In this document: positions 41,441-52,232 of the stretch, one piece after another
Layout of the letters: each line of letters starts with the position of its first letter
How positions within the stretch are numbered: position 1 is the first letter of the stretch
Origin: Acholeplasmataceae bacterium
GTDB taxonomy: Bacteria; Bacillota_I; Bacilli_A; Acholeplasmatales; Acholeplasmataceae
Reading direction: 5' to 3'
Assembly (NCBI GenBank): GCA_963676425.1
Contig: OY781090.1
Coordinates: forward strand, 1,324,277-1,388,276
Length of the DNA stretch: 64,000 bases
Notes under the pieces: model-generated
The model's database searches: none
What the model saw: only the letters and a program-made list of their open reading frames with translations
Told to the model about the DNA's origin: nothing
Made by a program: the position numbers and the translations under genes

Positions 41441-41449
41441 GTAAGTGGA

Positions 41450-43522
41450 TTAATTAGACCCACGTTTTTTAATGATTTCTTCCATGATTGATTTTGGAGT
41501 CTTATCATAGTGAGCAAATTGCATTACGAAGTTCGCACGTCCTTGTGTGTTTGAACGTAATGATGTAGCGTAACCAAACATTTCTGATAGTGGTACGTAT
41601 GCTCTAATTGCTACTGCGTTACCGCGTCCTTCTTGAGATTCAAGACGTCCACGACGTGATGTAATATCACCGATAACGTTACCTACATAGTCGTTTGGAG
41701 TTACAACTTCAACGTCCATGATTGGTTCTAATAATACTGGGCTTGCCTTAGTCTTAGTGTCTTTAAGCGCCATTGATGCAGCGATCTTATAAGCCATTTC
41801 AGATGAATCGACATCATGGTATGAACCGAATTTAAGTGTAGCTTTTAAATCGATTACTGGGTAACCAGCTAAAATACCATTTGGAAGAGCTTCTTCTAAC
41901 CCTTTTTGTACTGATGGAATGTATTCTCTAGGAATTACCCCACCAACAATTTTATCAACGAATTCAAAACCTTTACCTGGGTTTGGTTCGAAATCAATCA
42001 CAACGTGACCATATTGTCCACGACCACCTGATTGACGAACAAACTTAGCTTCGATTTCAGCAGCTTCACTGATTGTTTCTCTATAAGAAACTTGAGGTTC
42101 AGCAACGTTTGCTTCAACTTTGAATTCACGTTTCATACGGTCAACGATGATATCTAAGTGTAACTCACCCATACCAGCGATGATTGTTTGTCCTGTTTCA
42201 TGATCAGTAAACGTTCTAAATGTTGGATCTTCTTCAGCTAATTTAACTAAAGCAGCACTCATCTTGTCTTGATCTTGTTTTGTTTTAGGTTCGATAGCAA
42301 CGTTAATAACTGGTTCAGGGAATACCATTGATTCTAAGATGATATCATCTCCAACCATAGCTAATGTATCACCAGTAGTTGTGTTCTTTAAACCTACAAC
42401 AGCAGCGATGTCCCCAGCGTAGATATCTTGGATTTCTTCACGAGTATTCGCGTGCATTTGAAGGATACGTCCGAAACGTTCTTTTGTATCTTTGTTAGTG
42501 TTCATAACATATGAACCTGCAGAGATTTTACCTGAGTAAACACGGAAGAATGTTAAGCGACCTACATAAGGGTCAGTCATAACTTTGAACGCTAATGCTG
42601 TAAATGGTTCATCATCGTCAGCATGACGTTGGATTTCATTACCGTCTGAATCTTCACCAGTGATCGCTAATACGTCAGTTGGTGCAGGTAAGTAATCTAT
42701 TACTGCATCTAATAGTAATTTAACACCTTTGTTTTTAAATGCTGTACCACAGATAACTGGGAAGAATTTAACATCAAGTGTTGCTTTACGCATAGTTTCT
42801 TTTAAATCTTCAACTGCGATTTCTTCACCTTCTAAGTAAGCCATCATAATGTCTTCATTAAAATCAGCTAATGCTTCAACTAATTCAACACGTTTTTCTT
42901 CAACGATGTCTACTAAGTGACTTGGAATTTCGATTTCAGTTGCGATTTCTTCAGCGTTACCATCGAAATGATAAGCTTTTCTTGTTAATAAATCAATAAC
43001 ACCATCAAATTCTGCTTCCGCACCAATTGGCCATTGGATAGGAACAGCTTTAACACCTAAACGGTTGTGGATTGATTTGATTGCTTTTGCAAAGTCAGCA
43101 CCAATTTTATCCATTTTATTAATGAATACAATTCTTGGTACTTTATACTCTGTAGCTTGACGCCACACAGTTTCAGTTTGAGGTTCAACACCGGCTTGCG
43201 CATCTAGAACTGTTACTGCACCATCAAGAACACGCAGTGAGCGTGATACTTCAACTGTGAAGTCTACGTGACCTGGAGTATCAATAATGTTTACTTTATG
43301 ATCTTTCCAGAATGCTGTAGTCGCAGCAGAAGTGATCGTAATACCACGTTCCTGTTCTTGGGCCATCCAGTCCATTGTTGCCGCACCTTCGTGAACTTCA
43401 CCGATTTTATGAATTCTACCAGTGTGGAAAAGAATTCTTTCTGTAGTCGTTGTTTTACCAGCATCGATGTGAGCCATGATACCAATATTACGAACTTTGT
43501 TTAACGGATATACACGAGGCAT
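41450..43522 (-). CDS. fusA: Elongation factor G
   Basis: [29 protein letters not shown]; 690 aa. Confidence 0.99.
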   Translation of the reverse strand: MPRVYPLNKVRNIGIMAHIDAGKTTTTERILFHTGRIHKIGEVHEGAATMDWMAQEQERGITITSAATTAFWKDHKVNIIDTPGHVDFTVEVSRSLRVLDGAVTVLDAQAGVEPQTETVWRQATEYKVPRIVFINKMDKIGADFAKAIKSIHNRLGVKAVPIQWPIGAEAEFDGVIDLLTRKAYHFDGNAEEIATEIEIPSHLVDIVEEKRVELVEALADFNEDIMMAYLEGEEIAVEDLKETMRKATLDVKFFPVICGTAFKNKGVKLLLDAVIDYLPAPTDVLAITGEDSDGNEIQRHADDDEPFTALAFKVMTDPYVGRLTFFRVYSGKISAGSYVMNTNKDTKERFGRILQMHANTREEIQDIYAGDIAAVVGLKNTTTGDTLAMVGDDIILESMVFPEPVINVAIEPKTKQDQDKMSAALVKLAEEDPTFRTFTDHETGQTIIAGMGELHLDIIVDRMKREFKVEANVAEPQVSYRETISEAAEIEAKFVRQSGGRGQYGHVVIDFEPNPGKGFEFVDKIVGGVIPREYIPSVQKGLEEALPNGILAGYPVIDLKATLKFGSYHDVDSSEMAYKIAASMALKDTKTKASPVLLEPIMDVEVVTPNDYVGNVIGDITSRRGRLESQEGRGNAVAIRAYVPLSEMFGYATSLRSNTQGRANFVMQFAHYDKTPKSIMEEIIKKRGSN

Positions 43523-43540
43523 AATTTAGTTCTCCTTCTT

Positions 43541-44011
43541 TTACCAACGGTAGTGTGCGAATGCTTTATTAGCTTCAGCCATTCTATGCACATCTTCACG
43601 TTTCTTAACAGCAGCACCTGTACCATTTGCTGCATCCATAATCTCTTTAGCTAATCTTTCTTCCATAGTCTTTTCATTTCTAAGTCTAGCGTAGTTGATT
43701 AACCATCTTAAGCCTAAAGTTTGTCTACGAGAAGCTCTAACTTCTACTGGTACTTGGTAGTTTTGACCACCAATACGTCTAGAACGAACTTCGATAACTG
43801 GCATAATATTATTTAATGCTTCGTTAAATACTTCAATTGGTTCTCTTCCTGTTACTTCTTTAACACGGTTGAATGAACCATATAAAATACTTTGAGCAGT
43901 TCCTTTTTTACCATCGATCATAATTGTGTTAACGATTCTAGTTACTAATTTTGATTGGTAAATTGGATCAGGTAAAACATCGCGTTTTACGATATGTCCT
44001 TTACGTGGCAT
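43541..44011 (-). CDS. rpsG: Ribosomal protein S7
   Basis: MPRKG...DPIY...; 156 aa; str operon position. Confidence 0.97.
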   Translation of the reverse strand: MPRKGHIVKRDVLPDPIYQSKLVTRIVNTIMIDGKKGTAQSILYGSFNRVKEVTGREPIEVFNEALNNIMPVIEVRSRRIGGQNYQVPVEVRASRRQTLGLRWLINYARLRNEKTMEERLAKEIMDAANGTGAAVKKREDVHRMAEANKAFAHYRW

Positions 44012-44066
44012 ATTTTCACCTTTCCTTTCATTTCAGATTTTTATCTTTTAGGTTATTGTTTGTTTA

Positions 44067-44486
44067 TTATTTTTTTGCTTTTGGGCGTTTAGCACCATAT
44101 TTTGATCTTGCTTGTTGACGGTTAGCAACACCAGAAGCATCTAGTGTACCACGTACGATATGATAACGTACCCCTGGAAGGTCTTTAACACGTCCACCAC
44201 GAATTAACACGACACTATGTTCTTGAAGTGAATGTCCAATCCCTGGGATGTATGCTGTTACTTCAGTTTGATTACTTAATCTTACTCTGGCATACTTACG
44301 TAAAGCTGAGTTAGGTTTTTTAGGTGTCATTGTTGTAACACGAGTACATACTCCACGTTTTTGTGGTGATGCATAAACACTTTCAGATTTTTGTAAACTG
44401 TTATAACCGTATCCAAGTGCAGGTGACTTTGATTTGTATTTTTTGTCAGTTCTTCCTTTTTTTACAAGTTGTTGCATTGTAGGCAT
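44067..44486 (-). CDS. rpsL: Ribosomal protein S12
   Basis: [17 protein letters not shown] and [14 protein letters not shown]; 139 aa. Confidence 0.98.
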   Translation of the reverse strand: MPTMQQLVKKGRTDKKYKSKSPALGYGYNSLQKSESVYASPQKRGVCTRVTTMTPKKPNSALRKYARVRLSNQTEVTAYIPGIGHSLQEHSVVLIRGGRVKDLPGVRYHIVRGTLDASGVANRQQARSKYGAKRPKAKK

Positions 44487-44608
44487 ATGATTGTTCTCCT
44501 TTCTATAGACACATATCCATGCGTTTCTTTTTTTAGTCTCAAAAAATTTTTTGGCTTTGTTAAGCCAATTTGGTTATTTAATTTGTGCGTAAATCACACA
44601 GCGTTTTT

Positions 44609-44637
44609 ATTATATAATAAAGGGTGGTTAATGTCAA
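44609..44637 (-). promoter_or_regulatory. Consensus sigma-70 promoter of the str operon (rpsL-rpsG-fusA)
   Basis: Minus strand TTGACA (44632..44637), exactly 17 nt of spacer, then TATAAT (44609..44614). This gives a leader of about 115 nt before rpsL. Confidence 0.65.
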
Positions 44638-44667
44638 TAATTTTAAATGAGTTTTTTGTAAAATTTA

Positions 44668-44703
44668 ATCAAATAAAATACCCAGATATATGTAATCTGG
44701 GTA
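44668..44703 (-). terminator. Rho-independent terminator after the 179-aa lipoprotein gene
   Basis: Stem TACCCAGAT/ATCTGGGTA (44679..44703), followed on the minus strand by TTTTATTT. Confidence 0.65.
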
Positions 44704-44748
44704 CGATATATGATTTAGAATAATTTTATTAACTAAGATTGGTTATTT

Positions 44749-45288
44749 TTAATTAGCAGTAACAACTATATCAGCATCATACCAAATGGTTTGTTTTTCA
44801 GATTCTGATATACATACTTGAATTTTATATGTGCCTGCTGGTTTTAGTTCATCAAAAACATCATGAAAGTCATCTCTTGAAAATTTCTTTACGATTTCAT
44901 ATCTTTGACCCATCGTAAAATTTTCATATGTCGTATATCTTGATTCATCGACACCGTCAAACTCATTATATAATTCTACATTTTCATCTTCAGTACTTAT
45001 GAGTCTAATTTGTGCAATGTCTCCAAAAATGACATTATATCCTACAAAATCAAGTGCTTTAGTTGTTTCAAATATCATCGTCACTTCAACAACATCACTA
45101 TCTGATGTTAGTTCTGTTTTATCTACTGATACATAGATACGATAATCACTTAAAACTATTTGCCATTGAAGTGCTTCGGTTTGGTTGCTGTTTTCTATTT
45201 CATCATCTGATTCTGATGATTGGCAACTAAATAATACAAATGTCATAATTAAAACAAGAAATAAAGAAAGTATTCGCTTCATCTTCAT
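44749..45288 (-). CDS. Lipoprotein of unknown function
   Basis: Signal plus lipobox LFLVLIMTFVLFSC; 179 aa; no recognised domain. Confidence 0.65.
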   Translation of the reverse strand: MKMKRILSLFLVLIMTFVLFSCQSSESDDEIENSNQTEALQWQIVLSDYRIYVSVDKTELTSDSDVVEVTMIFETTKALDFVGYNVIFGDIAQIRLISTEDENVELYNEFDGVDESRYTTYENFTMGQRYEIVKKFSRDDFHDVFDELKPAGTYKIQVCISESEKQTIWYDADIVVTAN

Positions 45289-45319
45289 GCCATCCCCCTT
45301 TGTTTTTAAATATATTACA

Positions 45320-47122
45320 TCACTTTAATGTTTTAGTCAATCTTTCAATTTCATCAACCGTGTCACTAATGAATTGAATTGCATCTTCTAATGGTTTAGG
45401 AGTATATAAATCAACACCAACCATTTTAGCTAAATCTAGAGGTTTTTTAGTGCCTCCTGCTTTTAATACTTCTATCCATTCATTTGGATCTAGTTCACCT
45501 TTATATATCTTATCTGATACAACTGTACCCACAGTTAACCCTGCTGAATAAGTATAAGGATATAATCCCATAAAGTAATGTGGTTGTCTCATCCATGTTA
45601 ATCCTGCATAATCAGGGATTTCAACTGCATCTCCCCAGAATTCTTTTAAGACACTTAGTTTTAGATCATTTAATACTCTAGCTGATAACGGCTCGCCAAG
45701 TTCAACTTTATCATAGACTTTTCTTTGATATGCAGCTTCAAGTAAATGTGTGACGAAATTATGATAGTAAGTTCTTGAAATCATCACTGATAATATCCAA
45801 CGTTTTAATCTTGGATCTTCTTCTTTTTTAATGAGGTGTCTAGCCATAATTAATTCGTTTGTTGTTGATGGTGCTTCAATGAAATACATTGAAGGTCTTG
45901 TGTTAAATATGTTTTGAGTTTTATTTGCATATTGGAAATGTCCTGCATGCCCAATTTCATGTGCTAAAACCATCACTTCATCCATTTGACCATTCCAGTT
46001 AATTAATATGTATGAATTTTTACCATAAGGAGATGAACAGAATCCTCCAGTAGATTTACCCGCATTTTGAGGGAAATCTGTCCAACGTTCATCAAATGAA
46101 CGTTTAGCAATATCCAAATATTCTGGTCCTAAGATTGATAGGCCTTCTAAAATATATGTTTTAGCATCATCAATTGACACTTTCGGTTCTAATTCTGGAT
46201 CAACAGCGATTTTTAAATCCGCATATGTCATTTTATCTAATCCATGAATTTCTTGAAGTAGTTTAGCATATTTTCTCATTGCAGGTGCTAGTTTTTCCAT
46301 GATGACATCAATTTGACGATCCATCATATCTTTACCAACTTTTTGTCCTCTAAGTAAATAATCATATACTGTATCATAATTAGTTAGTTTAGACATCGCT
46401 TTTTCTTTTAATACATGTGCTTGATAATTATTTGCTAAACCATTTTGATATTTAGCTAATACATCATAAAAAGCCTCATATGCTTTTCTTCTAAGTTTTT
46501 CATCTTTTTCATATTCCCACTCATTTTCAAATAGCGTAAATGAATTAGGGTATTTCACACCTTCTACCTCAAAATCAGGGAAGCTCATATCAGCTAATTT
46601 AAATCTTTGGTAATTAGGATATGCGGCATTTAATGTTTGAGATAATGTTACAATCGCTTTTTCTGCATCAGGTGATAAGATATGTGGTCTATCATCAATG
46701 ATTTCTTGTAAGTAATTAGCATTTTCAACGCTTTGTTTTTTAGCTTCTTCTAATACTTCTAATGGACAAGCATTTAATTCAACTGAATGAAATAATAATT
46801 TTTGATTAACATCTTGCATCTTAAGTCCGAACATACCCATGCGCATTTGGTTTTGTTCAGATAATGAATCAGTAGATGTTTGAAGTTGTGCATATGATCC
46901 AAGAACAACAAATGTTTCTTGAAGTTCTCTCATATCATCTAAACTATCATTAATCGTTTTTGCGTTATTTAATTTGCCTTTGTATTTGTTGACATATACA
47001 TCAACTTTAGCTAATACATCAGCAAGTGCTTCTTCATAATCTTTTTCTGTTTCATATAGATGGTTGATATCCCATGTATATTTAACTTCTACTTCACTAC
47101 GTTTTGGTAATTGTTTTTTCAT
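45320..47122 (-). CDS. pepF: Oligoendopeptidase F (M3B metallopeptidase)
   Basis: Zinc motif HEIGHAGH; 600 aa; typical PepF N-terminus (VKYTWDINHLY). Confidence 0.92.
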   Translation of the reverse strand: MKKQLPKRSEVEVKYTWDINHLYETEKDYEEALADVLAKVDVYVNKYKGKLNNAKTINDSLDDMRELQETFVVLGSYAQLQTSTDSLSEQNQMRMGMFGLKMQDVNQKLLFHSVELNACPLEVLEEAKKQSVENANYLQEIIDDRPHILSPDAEKAIVTLSQTLNAAYPNYQRFKLADMSFPDFEVEGVKYPNSFTLFENEWEYEKDEKLRRKAYEAFYDVLAKYQNGLANNYQAHVLKEKAMSKLTNYDTVYDYLLRGQKVGKDMMDRQIDVIMEKLAPAMRKYAKLLQEIHGLDKMTYADLKIAVDPELEPKVSIDDAKTYILEGLSILGPEYLDIAKRSFDERWTDFPQNAGKSTGGFCSSPYGKNSYILINWNGQMDEVMVLAHEIGHAGHFQYANKTQNIFNTRPSMYFIEAPSTTNELIMARHLIKKEEDPRLKRWILSVMISRTYYHNFVTHLLEAAYQRKVYDKVELGEPLSARVLNDLKLSVLKEFWGDAVEIPDYAGLTWMRQPHYFMGLYPYTYSAGLTVGTVVSDKIYKGELDPNEWIEVLKAGGTKKPLDLAKMVGVDLYTPKPLEDAIQFISDTVDEIERLTKTLK

Positions 47123-47201
47123 ATGGCACCTCTATTTTTTATTTATTATTTTATCATATAATGCTATACTAGAGACAAATTATCTACGTTGGGGTGTAAA
47201 T

Positions 47202-48008
47202 ATGTACGATTTTAGAAAATTCAACATACTTAAAACGTTATATGAGATTTTAACCGGTGTTGGCATATTCGCATCAATTTTATTGTCAATTGCTTTGACT
47301 TCTTCACTGTGGTTGTTACTTCCATTAGTGATATCATTATTTACCATTTTTATTTGTTTCTATCAATACAAACATTTGTCAATTAAATTTAAACAGACAC
47401 ATGTGCTAGATGCATTTAAAGAAATAAACCCTTCTTTTTCATATGTACCTGATAAAGGTTTCACTAAAGATGAAGTTTATCAAACATTTGTTATAAGTAA
47501 AGGTGATAATTATAGATCAGAAGACTATTTATCAGGCATAATCAAAGATCATAAATTCCAATCTGCAGATGTTTCTGTATTCACGACTAGCCCTAATACA
47601 GTTACAGGATTTAAAGGTAGAGTATATAAAATTGAAATGCCTAGTATAAATAATAATGAAGTTTATATTATGCCAAAAATGTATAACAATCTATCTTTTA
47701 ACCAAGGATTGAAAAAGATCGAATTGGAATCAATGTCTTTTAATCAAAAATTTAATGTGTTCGCAAGCAACTCTTTTGATGCTTTTTATATCTTATCACC
47801 AAGAATGTTAAGTCGTATTGAAGATTTTTCAAGAGGTGATATTAGATTTATGTTAAGTTATCAAAAAAACATATTAACGATAGCTATTGATACAAAGAAA
47901 GATTATTTTAATTTGAAAGTTTTTGAGCCGATTGATGCTTCATTTATAATAGAGATAAAAAATGAAATAAAAATACTAGAGTATATCATAACTGCATTAC
48001 AAAAATAA
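47202..48008 (+). CDS. Membrane protein, possibly DUF3137 family
   Basis: Two N-terminal TM helices. FNQKFNVFASNSFDAFYILSPRMLSRIEDF resembles the DUF3137 signature as I recall it. ATG 47202 is preceded by GGGGTG; the ORF-track start 47064 overlaps pepF. Confidence 0.6.
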   Translation: MYDFRKFNILKTLYEILTGVGIFASILLSIALTSSLWLLLPLVISLFTIFICFYQYKHLSIKFKQTHVLDAFKEINPSFSYVPDKGFTKDEVYQTFVISKGDNYRSEDYLSGIIKDHKFQSADVSVFTTSPNTVTGFKGRVYKIEMPSINNNEVYIMPKMYNNLSFNQGLKKIELESMSFNQKFNVFASNSFDAFYILSPRMLSRIEDFSRGDIRFMLSYQKNILTIAIDTKKDYFNLKVFEPIDASFIIEIKNEIKILEYIITALQK

Positions 48009-48028
48009 AAAAGCCAAATGGCTTTTTT

Positions 48029-48826
48029 TTAATCTTTATTAAATCCATAGAGTAACCCAATGATCCAAACTACAAATCGTTTAGGTAATACTTTTTTTAG
48101 AAACATGAATACCTTATATTTAAAACCTATGGTTTTAGTTAGCGGTATTTTTTTCTTTTTAATAAGTTTGTGGAAAAGTTTTGCAGCTTTAAGTGGTGAC
48201 ATACCATTTTGTTCATCATGTGCCATCACATCAATCGATTTCTCCACTCTTGTTTTATATACATCACTTTCAGTTTCATTTTTTCTTCTGTTTTTTGTAA
48301 ATCCAGTTTTAATATCTCCAGGCAATACATTACAAACTTGTATACCCAATGGTTTTACTTCTATTGATAATGCATCAGTAAATGCTTCGACTGCAGCTTT
48401 TGTTGCACTATAAAATGACTGAAACGGTATTGATAGACTCCCAGCAACAGAACCAACATTAATGATCTTACCTTTAGACATTTCTAAATATGGCAATGAT
48501 GATTGTACCATATAGACTAATCCTTTAAAATTAACATCTATGATCGTATCGATATCCTTATTAGAAGTGTATGCGACACTGCCACTAATACCCATACCAG
48601 CATTATTAATGATGACATCTATTTGTTTTTCTTTGTCAAATACTTCTTTAATTGCTTGTTCTACCTGCGCATGTTGTGTCACGTCTACTTGCTTACTAAA
48701 AAACTTCTCATGCTCTATTTTAGAGCGTGAGAAACCATAAACAGTATATTCTCTACTTTGTAAGTATCTAGCAGTAACTAAACCAATACCACTGGAAGCT
48801 CCTGTAATAATGACAACTTTACGCAT
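48029..48826 (-). CDS. Classical SDR oxidoreductase with a hydrophobic C-terminal tail; candidate 3-ketosphinganine reductase
   Basis: TGASSGIG, NNAG, YSATK (YxxxK), C-terminal FVVWIIGLLYGF. The start shares nucleotide 48826 with the stop of the upstream alpha-oxoamine synthase gene. Confidence 0.85.
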   Translation of the reverse strand: MRKVVIITGASSGIGLVTARYLQSREYTVYGFSRSKIEHEKFFSKQVDVTQHAQVEQAIKEVFDKEKQIDVIINNAGMGISGSVAYTSNKDIDTIIDVNFKGLVYMVQSSLPYLEMSKGKIINVGSVAGSLSIPFQSFYSATKAAVEAFTDALSIEVKPLGIQVCNVLPGDIKTGFTKNRRKNETESDVYKTRVEKSIDVMAHDEQNGMSPLKAAKLFHKLIKKKKIPLTKTIGFKYKVFMFLKKVLPKRFVVWIIGLLYGFNKD

Positions 48827-50013
48827 TACTCTTTCATATCCTTTAATAACTCTAAGACTTCTGCAATTTTATCTGCTGCTTCATCCATAAGTTCTTTCGT
48901 ATGTGTTGATGTATAAGATGTTCTAATTAAACATTCTCCAACTGGTGTTGCTGGTGGAATCACTGGGTTTACATAAACCCCACGTTCAAATAACATATTA
49001 CATGCTACCATTGTTCTAACTGGTGTGTATGTAAATATAGGAATAATAGGTGTTGTTGATTCTCTTAATTGTAATCCTCTTTTTTTAAGTGCAGTTCGCA
49101 TATAATCAGCAATATCATTTAAGTTTTGAACTCTCTCGGGTTCTTTCTTTAATATATGTAATGCCTCAAGTGCTGAAGCCACATTACCTGCAGGAATAGC
49201 TGCAGAGAATATATAAGGTCTTGAGTTATGTCTGATATATTCTACAACTTCTTTTGTAGATGCTACATAACCACCAAGACTTGCAAGAGATTTAGAAAAA
49301 GTACCCATATAAATATCCACTTCATCTTCTAAACCAAAATGTTCAGCTGTGCCTCGACCATTTTTGCCTAACACACCTAACCCATGAGCATCATCTACCA
49401 TGATACGTGCACCATAAGTTTTAGCAATTCTTACAATTTCAGGAAGATTACAAATATCGCCACTCATAGAAAACACACCATCAGTCACAATCAAAAAGCC
49501 TTTATTAGGATCTGCCTTTTTAATTTTATTTTCTAAATCTTCCATATCGCTATGCTTATATCTTACGACATCTGCATAACTTAATTTAATACCATCATAA
49601 ATACTTGCATGGTTTTCTTTATCTGAGAAGATAATATCATTTCTTCCAGCAATGGAAGATATGATCCCAAGATTAGATTGAAAACCAGTTGAAAAAATAG
49701 TTACCGCTTCTTTGTTTAAAAAAGCTGCCATTTCTTCTTCAAATTGCATATGTAAATCAAGTGTACCATTTAAAAATCTTGACCCCGATACACCTGTACC
49801 AAAATGATTTGTCGCTTCTACACTAGCTTTGATCACATCAGGATGTGATGCCAAACCTAAATAATTGTTAGAACCAATCATGATCATACGTTTGCCTTCC
49901 ATTTCGACAACCGTGTCTTGTTTTGATTCTAAGACATGAAAGTAAGGATAATACCCTTCTTTTTTTGCTACTTCAGCAGTTTTATACTGATAGCATTTGT
50001 TAAATAAATCCAT
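48826..50013 (-). CDS. PLP-dependent alpha-oxoamine synthase, serine-palmitoyltransferase-like
   Basis: GYYPYFHVLESKQDTVVEMEGKRMIMIGSNNYLGL N-terminus and PLP-lysine segment GTFSKSLASLGGY. The GTFSKS form is the one I recall for bacterial SPT, unlike the KBL or BioF forms. Confidence 0.85.
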   Translation of the reverse strand: MDLFNKCYQYKTAEVAKKEGYYPYFHVLESKQDTVVEMEGKRMIMIGSNNYLGLASHPDVIKASVEATNHFGTGVSGSRFLNGTLDLHMQFEEEMAAFLNKEAVTIFSTGFQSNLGIISSIAGRNDIIFSDKENHASIYDGIKLSYADVVRYKHSDMEDLENKIKKADPNKGFLIVTDGVFSMSGDICNLPEIVRIAKTYGARIMVDDAHGLGVLGKNGRGTAEHFGLEDEVDIYMGTFSKSLASLGGYVASTKEVVEYIRHNSRPYIFSAAIPAGNVASALEALHILKKEPERVQNLNDIADYMRTALKKRGLQLRESTTPIIPIFTYTPVRTMVACNMLFERGVYVNPVIPPATPVGECLIRTSYTSTHTKELMDEAADKIAEVLELLKDMKE

Positions 50014-50065
50014 AGTTTTGTCCTTTTAAATCCTTTATACAAATTATTTTGTTTGATATCTAAAC

Positions 50066-50093
50066 ATTTTACCTTGTAAATTATAAAAGTCAA
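50066..50093 (-). promoter_or_regulatory. Candidate promoter of the SPT-like/SDR operon
   Basis: Minus strand TTGACT (50088..50093)-16 nt-TAAAAT (50066..50071), about 50 nt upstream of the ATG. Confidence 0.4.
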
Positions 50094-50351
50094 TAAAGCA
50101 TATTTAAATTAAAACGGACATTTTATTTTTAATTTGCCTAAATTTGACTAGGATTTTAGACGGATTATGTGAACTTGTGTTATTTTAAGCAATCGCTTAC
50201 ATTTAACTTTTATATTCAAATTATTATGCTATAATGAACTTGAAATTAAAACATGCAACTGATAAGTGACCATTGTTTATTTTCTTTGTTTTTCTCATTT
50301 TCTTTATGAGTCTCTCTAAAACTATATTTTTATTTATTCGGTCAACTTATC

Positions 50352-50386
50352 AAAAAATAAAAGCCAGAATGCGTCTGGCTTTTTTA
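50352..50386 (-). terminator. Rho-independent (potentially bidirectional) terminator after psuG
   Basis: Stem AGCCAGA/TCTGGCT (50362..50380) with a 5-nt loop. A-run on one side and T-run on the other. Confidence 0.7.
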
Positions 50387-50390
50387 TTTG

Positions 50391-51302
50391 CTATAAAGTT
50401 GAAAATGATAATGCAATTTGAGCAGCGACTTTAGCATTGTTATATACTAATTCTAAATTCGCTTTTAATGAATCACCATGAGTATGTGTTTTAATATAAT
50501 CTAGTAAGAAAGGTGTTGTATCTTTACCTTTAATACCTCTTTCATCAGCTGCTGTTAAAGCTTCTGAAATAACTTTATCCATTTTATCTTTATCTTGTGA
50601 AAATTCTACTGGAATTGGATTAGCGACTACCATACCACCAGATAGGCCTAATTGCCATTTCGTGTGCATTAGTTTAGCGATTGCTTCAGCAGATTCCATA
50701 TTATAATCAACATCAAATCCACTTTCTCTTGTATAGAATGCTGGTAGTTCACTTGTTTGATAACCTAGAAGTTCTACACCTTTAGTTTCTAAGTATTCTT
50801 TAGTTAGTCCTAAATCAAGAATTGATTTAGCACCTGCACAAACTACACAAACTTCTTGTGAAGCGAGTTCTTCTAAATCTCTTGAGATATCAAATGTTGT
50901 TTCTGCACCACGATGCACACCACCAATACCGCCAGTAGCAAACACTTTAATGCCTGCCATTTTAGCAACTAACATTGTTGCTGATACTGTAGTTGCACCA
51001 GTTAAACTTTTAGAGATGACATATCCAAAATCTCTTTTACTTACTTTAACAACTTCTTTTGCTTGTGCTAAATAAAGTAATTCTTCATCTGATAAACCTA
51101 CTTTAATCACACCATCAATGATTGCGATTGTTGCAGGAACTGCACCTTCTTTTTTAATGATATTTTCTACTGTTCTTGCCATATCCACATTTTCAGGGTA
51201 AGGCATACCATGAGAAATGATTGTTGATTCTAAAGCAACCACTGCTTTATTTTCTTTTAATGCTTTTTCTACATCTGCACTAATTTCAATGTATGGATTC
51301 AT
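50391..51302 (-). CDS. psuG: Pseudouridine-5'-phosphate glycosidase
   Basis: VALESTIISHGMPYPEN and GGIGGVHRG (IndA family); 303 aa. Confidence 0.93.
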   Translation of the reverse strand: MNPYIEISADVEKALKENKAVVALESTIISHGMPYPENVDMARTVENIIKKEGAVPATIAIIDGVIKVGLSDEELLYLAQAKEVVKVSKRDFGYVISKSLTGATTVSATMLVAKMAGIKVFATGGIGGVHRGAETTFDISRDLEELASQEVCVVCAGAKSILDLGLTKEYLETKGVELLGYQTSELPAFYTRESGFDVDYNMESAEAIAKLMHTKWQLGLSGGMVVANPIPVEFSQDKDKMDKVISEALTAADERGIKGKDTTPFLLDYIKTHTHGDSLKANLELVYNNAKVAAQIALSFSTL

Positions 51303-52178
51303 TTAAGCTTCCTCCAAATTCTTTTTATTCATATTTTCACTTACTGCTTGATTCGAATGAAGGGCAATAAGTGCTGCTTTTCTTGCATATTCTAATGGAT
51401 CTAATCCATGAACTTTAGCATAAACGATACCTGCTAAATATGCATCGCCTGCACCTGCTGTGTTAGTCACATCAACTTCTACCGCTGGTGTTCTTTTCAC
51501 AGTTTCTCTATTCATAAATAATGATCCTTCTTTACCTAATGTGATATAGACTTCATTAACACCTTGTGTAATAAAGTATTTAGCAATTACTTCGATATCA
51601 TCTTCTTCAATACCACTTAAATATTTAGCTTCTAAAACATTTAATTTAATACCATGTATATATCTATAAAATGGTTTAATTTTTTCACCTTTTTGACAAG
51701 ATATGACATCAACATATGTTTCTTTAGGATATGTTTTAAATATATATTCTAGTGTTTCTTGTTTTAAATTTGTATCAATGACTAAGTAATCGGCATTCTT
51801 AAATAGAATGTCTCTTTTTTTAATATCTTCTTTACAGATATTTTCGATTTCATCCATTTCTGCAATTGCAGCAACCATATCATGATTATCATCCATGATT
51901 GATAAATATGTTGGTGTCTTAACACCACCAACAGCAGATAATTTAAGCATCACGTCTTGTGCGTTTTGCATAATCATCTTTTTACCTTCATCTTTACCTA
52001 AGACAGTAACGAGTGTTGTATCAACTTCTAGTCTTGCTAAGTTTTCAGCAATGTTTCTACCAACACCACCTAAAGATTTAGTTAAATATCCTGGGTTAGA
52101 ATCTCTCATGATGAACTTGTATTTTGGTTTTGCAAATATATCAATAACTGCACCACCGACAACAACAACTTTTTTCAT
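51303..52178 (-). CDS. psuK: Pseudouridine kinase (PfkB family)
   Basis: GGVGRNIAENLARL and NTAGAGDAYLAG. Directly abuts psuG. Confidence 0.85.
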   Translation of the reverse strand: MKKVVVVGGAVIDIFAKPKYKFIMRDSNPGYLTKSLGGVGRNIAENLARLEVDTTLVTVLGKDEGKKMIMQNAQDVMLKLSAVGGVKTPTYLSIMDDNHDMVAAIAEMDEIENICKEDIKKRDILFKNADYLVIDTNLKQETLEYIFKTYPKETYVDVISCQKGEKIKPFYRYIHGIKLNVLEAKYLSGIEEDDIEVIAKYFITQGVNEVYITLGKEGSLFMNRETVKRTPAVEVDVTNTAGAGDAYLAGIVYAKVHGLDPLEYARKAALIALHSNQAVSENMNKKNLEEA

Positions 52179-52232
52179 ATAAAAACCTCTTTACTTTAAA
52201 TCATACCTATTATATCACTTATTGTCTAAAAA

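Noticed and set aside
44469-44723. 84-aa plus-strand ORF in the rpsL upstream region
   Set aside because: It overlaps the rpsL start, a consensus minus-strand promoter (44609..44637) and a minus-strand terminator (44668..44703). The region is better explained as regulatory DNA.
50253-50309. 18-codon hydrophobic mini-ORF (MQLISDHCLFSLFFSFSL) in the psuG/SPT spacer; possible type I toxin-like peptide
   Set aside because: There is no SD upstream, and it is very short. Such ORFs arise by chance in T-rich sequence. It is kept only as part of the low-confidence sRNA observation.
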